NCBI GenBank assembly: GCA_020723505.1
Contig: DYIT01000001.1
Coordinates: 74,870-138,869 of the forward strand
DNA: 64,000 nt
Reading direction: 5' to 3'
Origin: Candidatus Kuenenia stuttgartensis
Lineage (GTDB): Bacteria; Planctomycetota; JAKEIC01; DYIT01
The position numbers and the translations under genes are program-made. Positions 12,772 through 23,065 of the stretch are shown here, in pieces. The notes below the pieces were generated by a model. That model saw only the letters and a list, made by a program, of their open reading frames with translations, was not told the origin of the DNA and ran no database searches. The stretch's first letter is position 1. The number at the start of each line of letters is the position of its first letter.

Positions 12772-12869
12772 CCAAGCGACTCTTTTCCGGCGGATCAGCC
12801 GCTGTTCGGGCCAGTCGGCTTCCATCGGAGGCTCCCGCCGGTTTCGCGCAAGCCTTCGGCTTGACCAAG
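12756..12869 (+). repeat. 21-bp direct repeat with internal hairpin
   Basis: caagccttcggcttgaccaag at 12756-12776 (covering the ABC-F stop) and 12849-12869. Confidence 0.85.
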
Positions 12870-13151
12870 ACCGCGCTCATGCAACATGCGGCTCCTCGCG
12901 CGGTCTGTTTGCCGCGCTCCTTCTAGCCGCGGCGAAGCCATTCCCGCCTACGCCTGGCGCAATTGGCGCAGGCTTCGAAGGGCTGCGCCACGTCGCGCTG
13001 CGCGCTCCTCGCGATGATACTGGAACGTTTTTCCGATGCGAAGCAATGCCGGGCTGGAAACTACCGAGGCGGATCCTCGAGTTCCATTGGGATTTGGCTA
13101 TTGGAGGTTGGAATTTCCCGGATAATCCGCGTCCCTCGTGGATTATCCGGG

Positions 13152-13595
13152 CTATGCCCCGAGCTCGGAAGTGCAGTTCGGGCATTTCACGGCCTTTATC
13201 GGTATCGAGGTCGTGCAGAATCTGCATTCCTTCGTCGTGGGCGCGGCCTGCTTTTTCCTGTGCAGCGTGTTCATGCCCTTCACGAGCATGAACACGGCGA
13301 ACGCGACGATGATGAAGCTCAGCGTCGCGGTGAGAAACACGCCGTAATTGATGCTCACGGCCCCCGCGGCCTTGGCGTCCGCAAGCGCCGCGTACGGCCC
13401 CGGAGTCTTCCCTTCCTTGAGCACCAGGAAGAAGTTCGTGAAGTCCACGCCGCCGACCAAAAGCCCGAGCGGCGGCATGATGACGTCCTCCACCAGGCTC
13501 TTCACGATTGTCCCGAACGCCCCGCCGATGATGATGCCCGTGGCCATGTCCACGACGTTGCCGCGTAGCGCGAATTCCTTGAACTCCTTGAGCAT
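13152..13595 (-). CDS. mscL: Large-conductance mechanosensitive channel
   Basis: [38 protein letters not shown]; C-terminal CxxC..CxxC ribbon. Confidence 0.97.
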   Translation of the reverse strand: MLKEFKEFALRGNVVDMATGIIIGGAFGTIVKSLVEDVIMPPLGLLVGGVDFTNFFLVLKEGKTPGPYAALADAKAAGAVSINYGVFLTATLSFIIVAFAVFMLVKGMNTLHRKKQAAPTTKECRFCTTSIPIKAVKCPNCTSELGA

Positions 13596-13800
13596 GTCTT
13601 ATCTCCTAATTTATCTGCGGATTTGCCTGATCTGAAGGGGAGAAGAACCACCTCCCTTGAAAAGCCCGGGATTCGATTAGGTGAATCAGATTGGCGCGAA
13701 GCGCCATCAGGTTGATCAGGATCGAAGACTCTGACTGGTCCCGATGCTGCATGTTTAGGGTTGTAGGGCCGACTGACCGGCCTCCAATCCTGCAAGGGTG

Positions 13801-15507
13801 CTACTGTTTCACTTCCTCCAGCTTCCCGCCCTTAGAAAGAACGTAGAACCTGTTCGGTTCGACCTTCTCGAACGTCTGCACGGTGTTCGGCCTGTCCGGC
13901 CACCTGACCTCGACCCTGTCTGCGATCCTCGCGGCGCCAATCCCGAATCTGCAGTCGGAATCGTCCCTGTGGCTGCCGATTCCAAGGCACCCGTAAACCT
14001 CGCGGATCTGCCTGTGATTGCCCGTGACCACCGTCACCCTCGCGCCCAAGGCCTGCCCCTTGAGCCTTATGTTCAGGAACCCGTTGCCCGACCTCCTGCA
14101 TTCCAGATTGCGGAAAAGGCCGGTCTCCAGCGGATAGGCCTTCACCTGCTCGGGAGTGAGCCTCATGTGGTTGCGCGATACCATGATGTCTGTCGCGCCG
14201 TCCCTGTCGAAATCCGCGAACGAGATGTTGCTCGCGTTCACCCATCTGAACCCGAGCCGCGGAGTCCAGTCCTCGAAGGCGCCCGAACCGTCCGGAATCT
14301 GGCGGAAAAGCTTGAGCACCTGCTCGTCGGGGTAGTCGCTCGAAGCGACCACAAGGTCCTGCCAGCCGTCGTTGTCCGCGTCGAGCCAGCCTGCATGCAG
14401 ATCACCCCAGTTCTCCGCGTTAATCTGCGGCGCGGGCCTCGGGACCAGAAGGAGTTCCCTCCGGAAGGCGAAACCTGCGTCCTTCCCCTTGTTCACGAGC
14501 ATCATGGAAGGGTCGTATACGCGGTTGTCCCAGTGCCTGATGGTCGCCTGGTAGCAGTCCATGTCCCCGTCGCAGTCATAGTCCGCGACCGCCGCCTCGA
14601 ACGTGCACGTGTTGCCGTAGGGGCTGTCGGCGCTCCCGAACACGTAGGTCCTGCCGTGGATGTCGCAGTCGAAGCCCGTCTCGCGGCCGGCGTCCGTGAA
14701 AGTGCCGTCGCCGTTGTTGCGCCACAAGGCGTTCCATTTCCCGGCGTACGTCCCAATCAGCAGGTCCTGGAACCCGTCGTTGTTCCAGTCGGTGTGGGCC
14801 GCGCAGAATACGGGCTTGCGCGACGCACGTTTTCCCGCTTCCGCTTCTCCGAGAAGGCCCGCCTTCTCCGTGACGTCCTCGAACGTCCCGTCCCCATGCC
14901 CGCGGTAGAGAGGGCTGACCATTGCTTCCCAGCCCTGCCACGGCTTCACGAACCAGTTGCCTACGAACAGGTCCAGGTTGCCGTCGCCGTCGTAGTCGAA
15001 GAAACAGGCGGTTATGGTCGTCTGCGGATCAGTCGAAAGGCCCGTGTCCTTCCTGAGGACGAAGCCGCCCTTGCCGTCCCCGAGCCAGAGCTCGTTCCTG
15101 CGGCCGTGGTCCTTGAAGTCCTTGTTGGCAAGGTCAATCAGGAACGTGGCGAAGAAGTCCAGGTTCCCGTCGTTGTTCACGTCGCCGACCGCGGTACCGT
15201 GGCCCGGAACAGGGGGATTCGCCTTGTCGTCAGGCGTCAGCATGGAGTCGACCTGGATCCTTGCGAACCGCTTGCCGCCCTCGTTCAGGAATATCTTCCC
15301 GCCGTTTATAATGGCGTCCGGCCTTCCGTCGTTGTTCAGGTCCGCAAAGCACACCCCGCCGTTCCCGTCCTCCTGCTTAATCCCCGCCTGCACTGAGATG
15401 TCCTCGAAGAGCTGGTTGGCGGATTTCTGCGTCTCCTCGGCAAAGACGGCAGCAGACAGGGAAAGACAGGCGACCATGCAGAGCCCCCTGAGGCTGATTC
15501 CCGGCAT
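13801..15507 (-). CDS. Secreted CRTAC1/ASPIC-UnbV family FG-GAP repeat protein
   Basis: Signal peptide; repeated DxNNDGxxD/DYDGDG motifs, FEDVTEKAG; C-terminal GARVTV...FGIG..VEVRWP. Confidence 0.9.
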   Translation of the reverse strand: MPGISLRGLCMVACLSLSAAVFAEETQKSANQLFEDISVQAGIKQEDGNGGVCFADLNNDGRPDAIINGGKIFLNEGGKRFARIQVDSMLTPDDKANPPVPGHGTAVGDVNNDGNLDFFATFLIDLANKDFKDHGRRNELWLGDGKGGFVLRKDTGLSTDPQTTITACFFDYDGDGNLDLFVGNWFVKPWQGWEAMVSPLYRGHGDGTFEDVTEKAGLLGEAEAGKRASRKPVFCAAHTDWNNDGFQDLLIGTYAGKWNALWRNNGDGTFTDAGRETGFDCDIHGRTYVFGSADSPYGNTCTFEAAVADYDCDGDMDCYQATIRHWDNRVYDPSMMLVNKGKDAGFAFRRELLLVPRPAPQINAENWGDLHAGWLDADNDGWQDLVVASSDYPDEQVLKLFRQIPDGSGAFEDWTPRLGFRWVNASNISFADFDRDGATDIMVSRNHMRLTPEQVKAYPLETGLFRNLECRRSGNGFLNIRLKGQALGARVTVVTGNHRQIREVYGCLGIGSHRDDSDCRFGIGAARIADRVEVRWPDRPNTVQTFEKVEPNRFYVLSKGGKLEEVKQ

Positions 15508-15700
15508 TGCTTTCTCCTTAAACCTCGGTATCGACTCCGGCCTGTCCGGATTGCGACGGAGTCTGCATTATCGAGGCATGCAATGCAAGGTCCGCTGGTC
15601 CCAAACAGCGATGAAGAATCGACCGACGGTACATCTAAGGAAACTCAGGGCGCCCGCTGCCCGAAGATTCCGGACTCTTCACCCCGCTACGGCCTGCAGT

Positions 15701-15728
15701 CCTGGATTCCGGCTTTCGCCGGAATGAC
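15701..15728 (-). repeat. REP/dRS3-like palindrome, copy 1
   Basis: Reverse complement gtcattccggcgaaagccggaatccagg; also at 17493 and 25748. Confidence 0.85.
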
Positions 15729-15908
15729 GATACAACTGGGTTCCCGGCTCTGCCCCATGCCCCCTGCAAACAGCTGTTGTTTGACCTAGATCTGGGACTT
15801 TCGACTTCCGACTTGCATCGGCAGTCCCCAGTCAGTCACAGCTTACGACAAGACACTGACTGCTGCTACTGAACACCGTACACTGAACACGATTTCAGTG
15901 CCCCCGGT

Positions 15909-17201
15909 CTAGTCCTTCCCAGTCTCGTCTGATCCGCTGCTGCCTGAGGAGAAACGCATGCTGCCGAACGAGCCCGAACGCGACCATGAGCCGTTCGATC
16001 CGAGTTCGAACCGGTCGAGGCTCCTGTATTTGCGGACCTTCTGCTTCGTCTGCTCGTCTATGTTGAGCGAATCGTGGATCCTCTTCAGCGCCTCAACCTG
16101 GTACCCGGCGATTTCCTGGTCGAGCGCCCTCCTCTCCGCTGCGGTCGCCTTGGCTCCGGCTCCCCCTCCGATTCGGGACTCGGCCATGCCGGACCTGTGC
16201 ACGTATTCCCGCACAATCGGCTCGAGGCCCGACGTCTCGCCTTCGGGAATGCCCATCTTCGACTGCCACTGCTTCTTTATGGACTGCACCGCCTCCTCCT
16301 GGTCCTTCACGCCCGTGCAGCTCTGGTCGGGCCACCATGTGTCTTTCGCCGATCCGCTCCCCTGCGGTTCACCCAGCATAGGGACGCCGGACATCTTCTC
16401 GCCCAGCGTCCTGGTCATCTCGTCGTTGAAGCTCTCCACGCATTTCGAGGTCTTCCTGATCCGCTCCAGCGCGAATTCACCCTGCGATCCCTTCGCAGCC
16501 TCGAGATATGAAGTCATCGCCTCGTCGGACTTCTTGAAAAACGCCTCCTTCTCGGAGTCGGAAAGGGGCTTGCCCATCTTCTCGAGAATGCCCGCAATCA
16601 TGCGCCCCTTGAAAGCAGGCGATTCAGTGACATAGCCCGGATCATCGAGCCCGAGCTTGCCCTGCATCTCGCCGATTTCAGTCATGAGATTGCCCAGAAT
16701 CTTCATCGCCTCCGCCTGCAATCCCGGGTCCTGCTTCGGCGCCGCGCCCTTCCCGTCCTTCGGCGGCTCAAGAGCGCCGAAGATGTCCAGCATCTTCACA
16801 ATCTGCTCCGCCATGGCGTCCCACGTCGCAGGCTGCTTCGGTTTCTTTGCCTCCGCGTCCGCATCGTCCGAAGCTCGCTTCGGCGCTGCTTTCGCAACAG
16901 ACGAATCCCCTGGCGCCCCGCTCTCCCCCTCCGGCACAGGCGCCATTCCCCCCGAGGCAGCCTCGGGATTCGTAGTCCTCTTCCCACGAAGAACCCTCAA
17001 CTCCTCCTCGGCCGATTCGAGCTTCCTCTCCACGTTCTTCAGGATTTCATCCTTCTCCCTGAGCTCGCGCTCGAGCTGATTCGCGCGATCCATCCCGGAT
17101 AGGGTCTCGTCTCCCTTTTCACTCATGATGACAACGATCGCCACCATGAGCAGCGCTGAAACCGCCACCCCTGCGAAAACGAAAACCAGTCTGCTATTCA
17201 T
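15909..17201 (-). CDS. Hypothetical membrane-anchored protein (TM, coiled coil, linker, helical domain)
   Basis: Long ORF with GC-rich codon usage, GGAGG RBS, N-terminal hydrophobic anchor then heptad-rich segment. Confidence 0.75.
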   Translation of the reverse strand: MNSRLVFVFAGVAVSALLMVAIVVIMSEKGDETLSGMDRANQLERELREKDEILKNVERKLESAEEELRVLRGKRTTNPEAASGGMAPVPEGESGAPGDSSVAKAAPKRASDDADAEAKKPKQPATWDAMAEQIVKMLDIFGALEPPKDGKGAAPKQDPGLQAEAMKILGNLMTEIGEMQGKLGLDDPGYVTESPAFKGRMIAGILEKMGKPLSDSEKEAFFKKSDEAMTSYLEAAKGSQGEFALERIRKTSKCVESFNDEMTRTLGEKMSGVPMLGEPQGSGSAKDTWWPDQSCTGVKDQEEAVQSIKKQWQSKMGIPEGETSGLEPIVREYVHRSGMAESRIGGGAGAKATAAERRALDQEIAGYQVEALKRIHDSLNIDEQTKQKVRKYRSLDRFELGSNGSWSRSGSFGSMRFSSGSSGSDETGKD

Positions 17202-17451
17202 GAAGAGACCTCCACGCGTCAAGTCCTTTGAATTCCCACAGCAATCTTCTGCAAGCGATCTGAGCCGAGGATATTATGCAATTAATGTACCAAAAGGGCA
17301 CGCATCGCATCTTATTGAATTCGCTAGAGTTATGGGATCGTGCCGAATCGCCGGGCTGTAATTGTTTTGCATTATCATAATATCTTTCAATTCGCTATCG
17401 CGCGGCGAGCGGACATTCCCTGTTTGGTTTCGGCTCGGCTGGGTTAGGCAT

Positions 17452-17491
17452 ATTCCACACGAAGCGCGGAGCCGCAAGCTTCGTGTGGAAT
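17452..17491. repeat. 40-bp palindromic element (CCACACGAAGC family), copy 1
   Basis: attccacacgaagc...gcttcgtgtggaat, 14-bp arms; homologous copy in the opposite orientation at 22594-22633. Confidence 0.8.
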
Positions 17492-17492
17492 C

Positions 17493-17519
17493 GTCATTCC
17501 GGCGAAAGCCGGAATTCAG
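17493..17519 (+). repeat. REP/dRS3-like palindrome, copy 2
   Basis: gtcattccggcgaaagccggaattcag. Confidence 0.85.
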
Positions 17520-17801
17520 ATTGGCAGTGACAACTCGAAACCAGAAATTGCCATTCTCATGTCTCACGCGAAACGGCGACGTATCTGCAATTCCGGCACA
17601 CCGATTGCGCATCAGTATTCTCCCGGCGATTTCCGATTTCATAAGCAACCGGGCATAACAGACTAAGATAATAGAGGTTAGGGCAATCGCTGAAAGAATC
17701 AATGCCGCCCTGCCGCACCCGTTCGTGTGCACCTTCGAATCAATGTGCACATGTTAAAGGTTAAAACACCCTTTCTTCAATGATATTCATTTAGACAATA
17801 T

Positions 17802-18825
17802 ATGCTCAGAAATCCATATTCATCGATATTTATGTTTGTTTTATGCCTCTTCGTGGGATGCAAAAGGGCTGCTTCTCCATATTTTCGATTATCATGTGAG
17901 CGTGATAGTAAAACATTCACTTCAGGTCCGTATAATCAATCACAGCAGATTCTTAATATTAGACATCCGGATGTTATGGTTAGTATTTATTCATTAGGTG
18001 AGCTTGAATTCCTTTCTCGTCATAATAACATAAACACAAGGGTTGCGGCAATTCGAGCGCTTGGGCTGACGAAAAATAAACTGGGTTATACAACCTATAT
18101 TGATTTGCTTGAAAGATGGCAGTTCACTTGTAAGGTCGGATGCGGCCATGGCGCTTGGAATGGTTGATAAAGAAGAGGTGGTTGATGCATTATTTGAAAC
18201 TCTGAAGGATTATAATTCATTCGTCCGAAGAGATGCGTCTTATGCCTTGCACAGAATTGCGAACAGAGGCATAGTGGTTATATATATATCAAGATTGATT
18301 TTACAAAAACTGAGTATGAATGATGTTAATGACGCAAAGTCAGCGCTTATTATATCTCATGGCAATAGAAGAATATGGTGTGAGTTGAATAGAATAAAAG
18401 ATAACCTAAAAGCATACGCGGGATTGGATGACCTTCTCAAGCAATCAATCATAAGGCAGGATTTCGATGGAATCAAGAAATATATAGATAAAGGAGCAAA
18501 TGTAAATGTCAATTTCAGCCTGTTGAAATGGACTCCTCTTCATTACTGCATTGCTGAATACCGGGGAAGGGGAAGGAAGGAAATACTTATTGAATACTTG
18601 TTGGACCACGGGGCACGTATTAATGAATTGGACAGCCTGAATCAAACTCCATTACATATTGCATTGCGATATCATGAAATATCCTCTGCGGAGAATCTCC
18701 TGAGACGTGGAGCTAGATTCGATATTAAAGACAAGGATAGTAAAACACCCAAAGATATGGCGTATGAAATGAAAAGCAACGCTCCGGATGAAATGAGAGA
18801 AATAATGAATATGATGGGTAAATAA
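17802..18825 (+). pseudogene. AT-rich HEAT-repeat plus ankyrin-repeat lipoprotein, split by a single-base frameshift near 18070-18090
   Basis: Lipobox-like LFVGC; HEAT-PBS motif RVAAIRALG continues in the +1 frame as VIQPILICLKDGSSLVRSDAAMALG; ankyrin WTPLHY, QTPLHIA, KDSKTP. Confidence 0.75.
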
Positions 18826-18859
18826 ATCACTGATTGATTCACATGGAATCCACGAAAGA

Positions 18860-21800
18860 TCATATGCGTATCCGGAGTCTCTGTTCCGTGCGGGACAGCG
18901 CAGGGAGCCATGCAAGCCGGCCGCCGTAATAGTGGCTTACGCTGTCCGAGGGAAACGCGGTTCGGCTGGATGCTCTCGAAAGCAGCGGAGCGCCCGGCCA
19001 GCACCCGCCGCGGCAGACCCTGAACGAGGCGTTCTCGTCGCCGGGCGGATTCAGACAGCCCTCGCGCGCGTTACCCGCCATGCCCCTTGCGCCGAAAGGC
19101 GACTCGTCCACTGGGAAGGAACCCACCGGGCTTGGCCGGATGCCGCCCGCATGCGAGGTCGAATTGTTGCAGAACGTCCCGTCCATGTGGTCGCCCCAGG
19201 GATAGATTCTGGAGTCCACGCCCCTGGCCGCCTTCTCCCACTGGACCTCGTGCGGAAGCATGAAGAGCCTGCCTGATTCCTTGGTGCGCCAGGACGCGTA
19301 TGCCGCGAGATCCTCCCATGAAATCCCGAACACCGGCCAGTCGGGATCCCACCAGACCGGGCTCATCTCCAGCTTCCCCGCCTGCCGCTTCCAATCCTGA
19401 TTCTCCTGATCCCGCTTCCTTGCTTCGCCTGCATACGCCGGCAAGGGCTTCGCAGGGCTGGCCGCGGGAGACTGATTCACCTGATTCGAGGCGGAAACCT
19501 CCAGGATCCACTTCTCCGTGGGGATGTGGAATCGGCCTTCGGAATCCCTCGGCCAGTAGAAGCCGGCAGTCGGAACCTTCCTGGGAACGCGTTTCTCCGC
19601 CCCGGCAGCTGTGTTCAAGAAATGAAGGTACTCGCTGCACGTGACCGGGAACTTCGAGATGAAGAAATCATCAGTCCACCTGTACGCCGCGGGAAGCGAA
19701 TACGGATTGTTCCTGTCCCCCTGGTATGCGAATCCCCCGCCATGCACCTGCACGAATCCACCGGGGATTTCCTCCTCGCGGTACAGCGTGACCGTCAGCC
19801 GCTCCTCCGCAAGCCTGCCGATGTTCACGACCGCGCGAATGGGGGCGTACTCGTGCTCAGTGCAAGGGTGGAGGGTGGAGGTTCGAGGGTCGAGCGAACT
19901 CGCTTCTTCAGGCATTTTGCTTCCACTCTTCCACACGTCATCCTTCACCCTCTCCTTATGCTCCACCCCGGACCCTTTGCCCTTTACCCTGTCTTCCTTG
20001 CCGTATGCGACGACGATTAGGTACGACCCCATTGGAAGCCTGAACTTGGGGATGGGGGTCTTGCCGAGATAGAGGCCGTCGGAGGGCCGGAAGGGCGAGC
20101 CGGTGTCGTACAGGCGGTCGAGAACTTGGGGTGGGAGGGTGGAAGGGTGGAAGGGGGGAAGGGAGGAAGGGGAATCAGGCAATGAAGGCAGTATTGGCAG
20201 AAGAATCCTTCCCCGCTCTTCGAACCTGAAGAGCCACACGTCCGCGCCGGCAAGGGGCTGCGTCTTGCATTCAGTCCCGTGGACCTTGAGGTGCAGCGGC
20301 TCCTCCGGATTGGTCCCGGCCGGCTCTTCCGCGATTTTGCTTTTTGCCGCGCGGCGGGAGCCCATCACTCCGCGGCTGGAAGGGTCCAGGGTCGAGGGGG
20401 GAGGGTTCGGCGAGCAGGAGCCTGCGTCTCCTTCCGCAGCCCGCGTACTCCTACCCTCCCACCCTTCACCCTTCACCCTTTCCCCTGCCAGCTCGTCCGG
20501 AGCGACAAAGCGCCCTTCCGTCAGGCATCGGCAGGGGAAGTGCCTAGTCAAGATTGCCAGCGTCCCGTCCCCCTTGAGGCGCATGTCGAACGATCCGTCG
20601 TTGTATTCCCGGACGAGGTTCTCGCAGAAGAGCATCTCCTTCCTGTTGCCCTTCTCCTCCTCGAAAAGGAACTGCCGCCAGTACATCTCGGCAAGGGCCG
20701 TCCGGGCTTCGGCGTTACCCCTGTCGAATTCGAGCGCCGCCTGCAGCGTTCTTCCTGCCTTCGAATAGACGCGGACCGATTCGTCCGAAAGATTCTGGAA
20801 CCGGGCTTCGATGTCCCACAGCTCCTTCTTGCGCTCGACCGGCCAGTGCTGCCTGACCTCGGCCTGTTTTTCCATGATGCGCAGCTCGAGGTCGTTCAGC
20901 TCTTCCCTGATGCGATCGAGCTCCGCGATGAGCGCCCTGCCTTCAGCTATCTTCTCCGACGCCTTGCCGCGGTCCCGTTCCCGTTCCCTCTCCCCCTCGA
21001 GGAATCTTCCAATCCCCGCATTCAGCTCGCGCACCGACTGGAACCGGTCCTCCTTGCGCCTCGACATGGCCTTGAGCACCATCGCATCGAGCTCTGCAGG
21101 AACCGGATGGGGCGGGAGGTCCTCGGGGGCAGGGTGGAGGGTGGAGGGTGGAGGATTCACCGGGAGGGATTCGATTTCTGCCGCCTGCACCTCATGCGGC
21201 TCGACCCTCGACCCTTCAACCTTCACCCTTTCGGAGTCTGCGCGGGCCTGCCTGATCTCCTCCACGCGCCTCGAAGGCGGAACCAGGCATCCGGAAAGCA
21301 CCTTGTCGATCACGCTCAGGACGCTGCTGCCCTCGAACGGCGCCCTGAGGGTCAGAATCTGGTACAGGATTGCGCCGAGCGAGTAGACGTCGCTGCGCTC
21401 ATCAATCTCCTTGAGCTTGCCGTCCGCCTGCTCGGGCGGCATGTAGGACGGACTGCCCACGATGTCGCTCTCCCACGTCGCGTCCGTGTCGTCCGCGTCC
21501 CATGCTCCGGCAGCCCTTGAGCGCATCCGCGGGGCCTCCATCATCCCCTTCCGGCCTGCAAGGCCCCAGTCGACCACGAACACCTCGCCGTAGTTCCCGA
21601 CCATCACGTTGGAGGGCTTCAGGTCCCTGTGGATGATGCCGTGGTCGTGAGCGAACTCGATTGCGTTGCAGATGCCCTGGAAGATCCCGAGAAGCCTAGG
21701 CATGGTGAACGCGGCGATGGATTCCGCATCCCCGTTCCGGATTGAAAGCAGAATCTGGCCGAGGTTCCTTCCCTCGATTTTCGCCATGGTGAAGTATGGC

Positions 21801-22417
21801 GTGTCCACCCCCTGGTCCTTGAGGATGCCGATGTCGTAGACCGGGACTATGTTGGGGTGGGGCAGCCTGCCTGCTATGCGGCCTTCGGCGAGAAACGGCT
21901 CCGCGTCGCCCCCGGCGTTCTCGGGAAGCATCATCTTCACAGCCACTTCCCTGCCGAAGTCCGTGTCCACGGCCTCGACCACGCGGCTTATGCCTCCCCT
22001 CCCGAGCTCCCCGCGAAACACGTACTTGTCCTTCTGCCCCCGCCTCAGCTTCGTGGTTCCCGCCTTGGATCTCCGCTGGGACTTGCTCCTCGACTTGAGC
22101 TCGGACCTGTCCATGGGTCCGCCCGTCGCGGGCCCGCCGAAGCATGCGAGCACCTCTGATCGGATCGAATCCCCAACGGGAAGGGTGGAAGTCGCGGTTC
22201 CTGCATTGCCGCCGCTCTTCGCGATAATCTCGGCCGACAGGAGCATGAGCGCCTTGAACGCCTGCTTGTTGATGCTCCCCTTCTCGACCAGGATCTCGGC
22301 AAGCGCCCTGCCTGGGGACGACATCAGAACGTCGATGGATCCCCGCAGGTCCTCAATCGATACTAGCCCGAGCTGGCGCCCGAGCATTGCCACGAGCATG
22401 TCGGTCTGGGATGACAT
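18860..22417 (-). CDS. Hanks-type Ser/Thr kinase fused to a C-terminal FGE-sulfatase (SUMF1, C-lectin fold) domain, with in-frame repeat insertions
   Basis: GELGRGG, VAVK, HPNIV, HRDLKPSN, DWGLA, GSPSYMPPE, SDVYSLG; FPVT, QWEKAARG..YPWG, GMAGNARE, RVCRGGCW; likely start MSSQTD at 22417. Confidence 0.92.
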   Translation of the reverse strand: MSSQTDMLVAMLGRQLGLVSIEDLRGSIDVLMSSPGRALAEILVEKGSINKQAFKALMLLSAEIIAKSGGNAGTATSTLPVGDSIRSEVLACFGGPATGGPMDRSELKSRSKSQRRSKAGTTKLRRGQKDKYVFRGELGRGGISRVVEAVDTDFGREVAVKMMLPENAGGDAEPFLAEGRIAGRLPHPNIVPVYDIGILKDQGVDTPYFTMAKIEGRNLGQILLSIRNGDAESIAAFTMPRLLGIFQGICNAIEFAHDHGIIHRDLKPSNVMVGNYGEVFVVDWGLAGRKGMMEAPRMRSRAAGAWDADDTDATWESDIVGSPSYMPPEQADGKLKEIDERSDVYSLGAILYQILTLRAPFEGSSVLSVIDKVLSGCLVPPSRRVEEIRQARADSERVKVEGSRVEPHEVQAAEIESLPVNPPPSTLHPAPEDLPPHPVPAELDAMVLKAMSRRKEDRFQSVRELNAGIGRFLEGERERERDRGKASEKIAEGRALIAELDRIREELNDLELRIMEKQAEVRQHWPVERKKELWDIEARFQNLSDESVRVYSKAGRTLQAALEFDRGNAEARTALAEMYWRQFLFEEEKGNRKEMLFCENLVREYNDGSFDMRLKGDGTLAILTRHFPCRCLTEGRFVAPDELAGERVKGEGWEGRSTRAAEGDAGSCSPNPPPSTLDPSSRGVMGSRRAAKSKIAEEPAGTNPEEPLHLKVHGTECKTQPLAGADVWLFRFEERGRILLPILPSLPDSPSSLPPFHPSTLPPQVLDRLYDTGSPFRPSDGLYLGKTPIPKFRLPMGSYLIVVAYGKEDRVKGKGSGVEHKERVKDDVWKSGSKMPEEASSLDPRTSTLHPCTEHEYAPIRAVVNIGRLAEERLTVTLYREEEIPGGFVQVHGGGFAYQGDRNNPYSLPAAYRWTDDFFISKFPVTCSEYLHFLNTAAGAEKRVPRKVPTAGFYWPRDSEGRFHIPTEKWILEVSASNQVNQSPAASPAKPLPAYAGEARKRDQENQDWKRQAGKLEMSPVWWDPDWPVFGISWEDLAAYASWRTKESGRLFMLPHEVQWEKAARGVDSRIYPWGDHMDGTFCNNSTSHAGGIRPSPVGSFPVDESPFGARGMAGNAREGCLNPPGDENASFRVCRGGCWPGAPLLSRASSRTAFPSDSVSHYYGGRLAWLPALSRTEQRLRIRI

Positions 22418-22593
22418 CGGGTGGATTATAACAGGCTGGAACAGCCTCTGCATAACCCGGACGAACCGGAACCCATCGCTGAAAAGCCATGCGCGGGGCG
22501 GGTCGGGCCGGCAACCGGCAGGGGAGTCGTGGGGTCTGGGAAGGACTTGCGAGACGGAACTGCCGCGCTTCCCGGTTGCGGTTGTCATGTCGT

Positions 22594-22633
22594 ATCCCAC
22601 ACGAAGCTTGTTGCTTCCCGCTTCGTGTGGGAT
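22594..22633. repeat. 40-bp palindromic element (CCACACGAAGC family), copy 2
   Basis: atcccacacgaagc...gcttcgtgtgggat. Confidence 0.8.
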
Positions 22634-23065
22634 TCGTGTACGTGTACGAAAATGTAGACGGGAACGGCAATACCCCTCACCCTTACCCTCTCCCCAAGGG
22701 CTGGTCTTTACCCACAAGTATCAAGTTTGATGCGGGTTTTATGCAACATCAGGCTGCAGCCGCCTCACGTGTCGAAGACCCGCCGAGCCCACGACCATCT
22801 GTTTAGGCGAAGGCGGGTCGGGGCGAAGATCACGGCAGCTGAGTGCCGTTGCCGCAGCAGGGTGCCCCGGCTCAAGCGATGTCGCTCATCGCAATCCCGC
22901 TCATCCCCGTGACTCCGAGGCTGCGCGAGATAGAATAGGCAGCGAAGCGTATGCGGCATGCAGGGGCCGATGATGATTTCAGAACGCGCCGAAGGAATGC
23001 ATCCGGAACACGACCCGGGCAATCCCGGACCCGGGAGGGATTCGGTTTCAGGCCCGTCCCGGTCC

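Noticed and set aside
13600-13800. Riboswitch or ncRNA upstream of mscL
   Set aside because: Short hairpins and repeats only; no known riboswitch consensus recognised.
13798-15396. Long antisense or alternate-frame ORFs (also 2253-3767, 30941-32398, 60480-62081, etc.)
   Set aside because: Shadow ORFs expected in GC-rich DNA, overlapping well-supported genes.
17274-17750. 158-aa minus-strand ORF
   Set aside because: No recognisable motif, and it reads through two palindromic repeats; not supportable as a gene.
18860-19030. FGE/C-lectin C-terminus (RVCRGGCW...GGRLA) as a diversity-generating retroelement variable region
   Set aside because: No reverse transcriptase and no AAC-rich template repeat found in the window; a remote DGR cannot be excluded.
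22418-22717. 100-aa N-terminal extension of the kinase in the ORF track
   Set aside because: It translates intergenic repeats; the downstream Met at 22417 begins a more plausible N-terminal domain.
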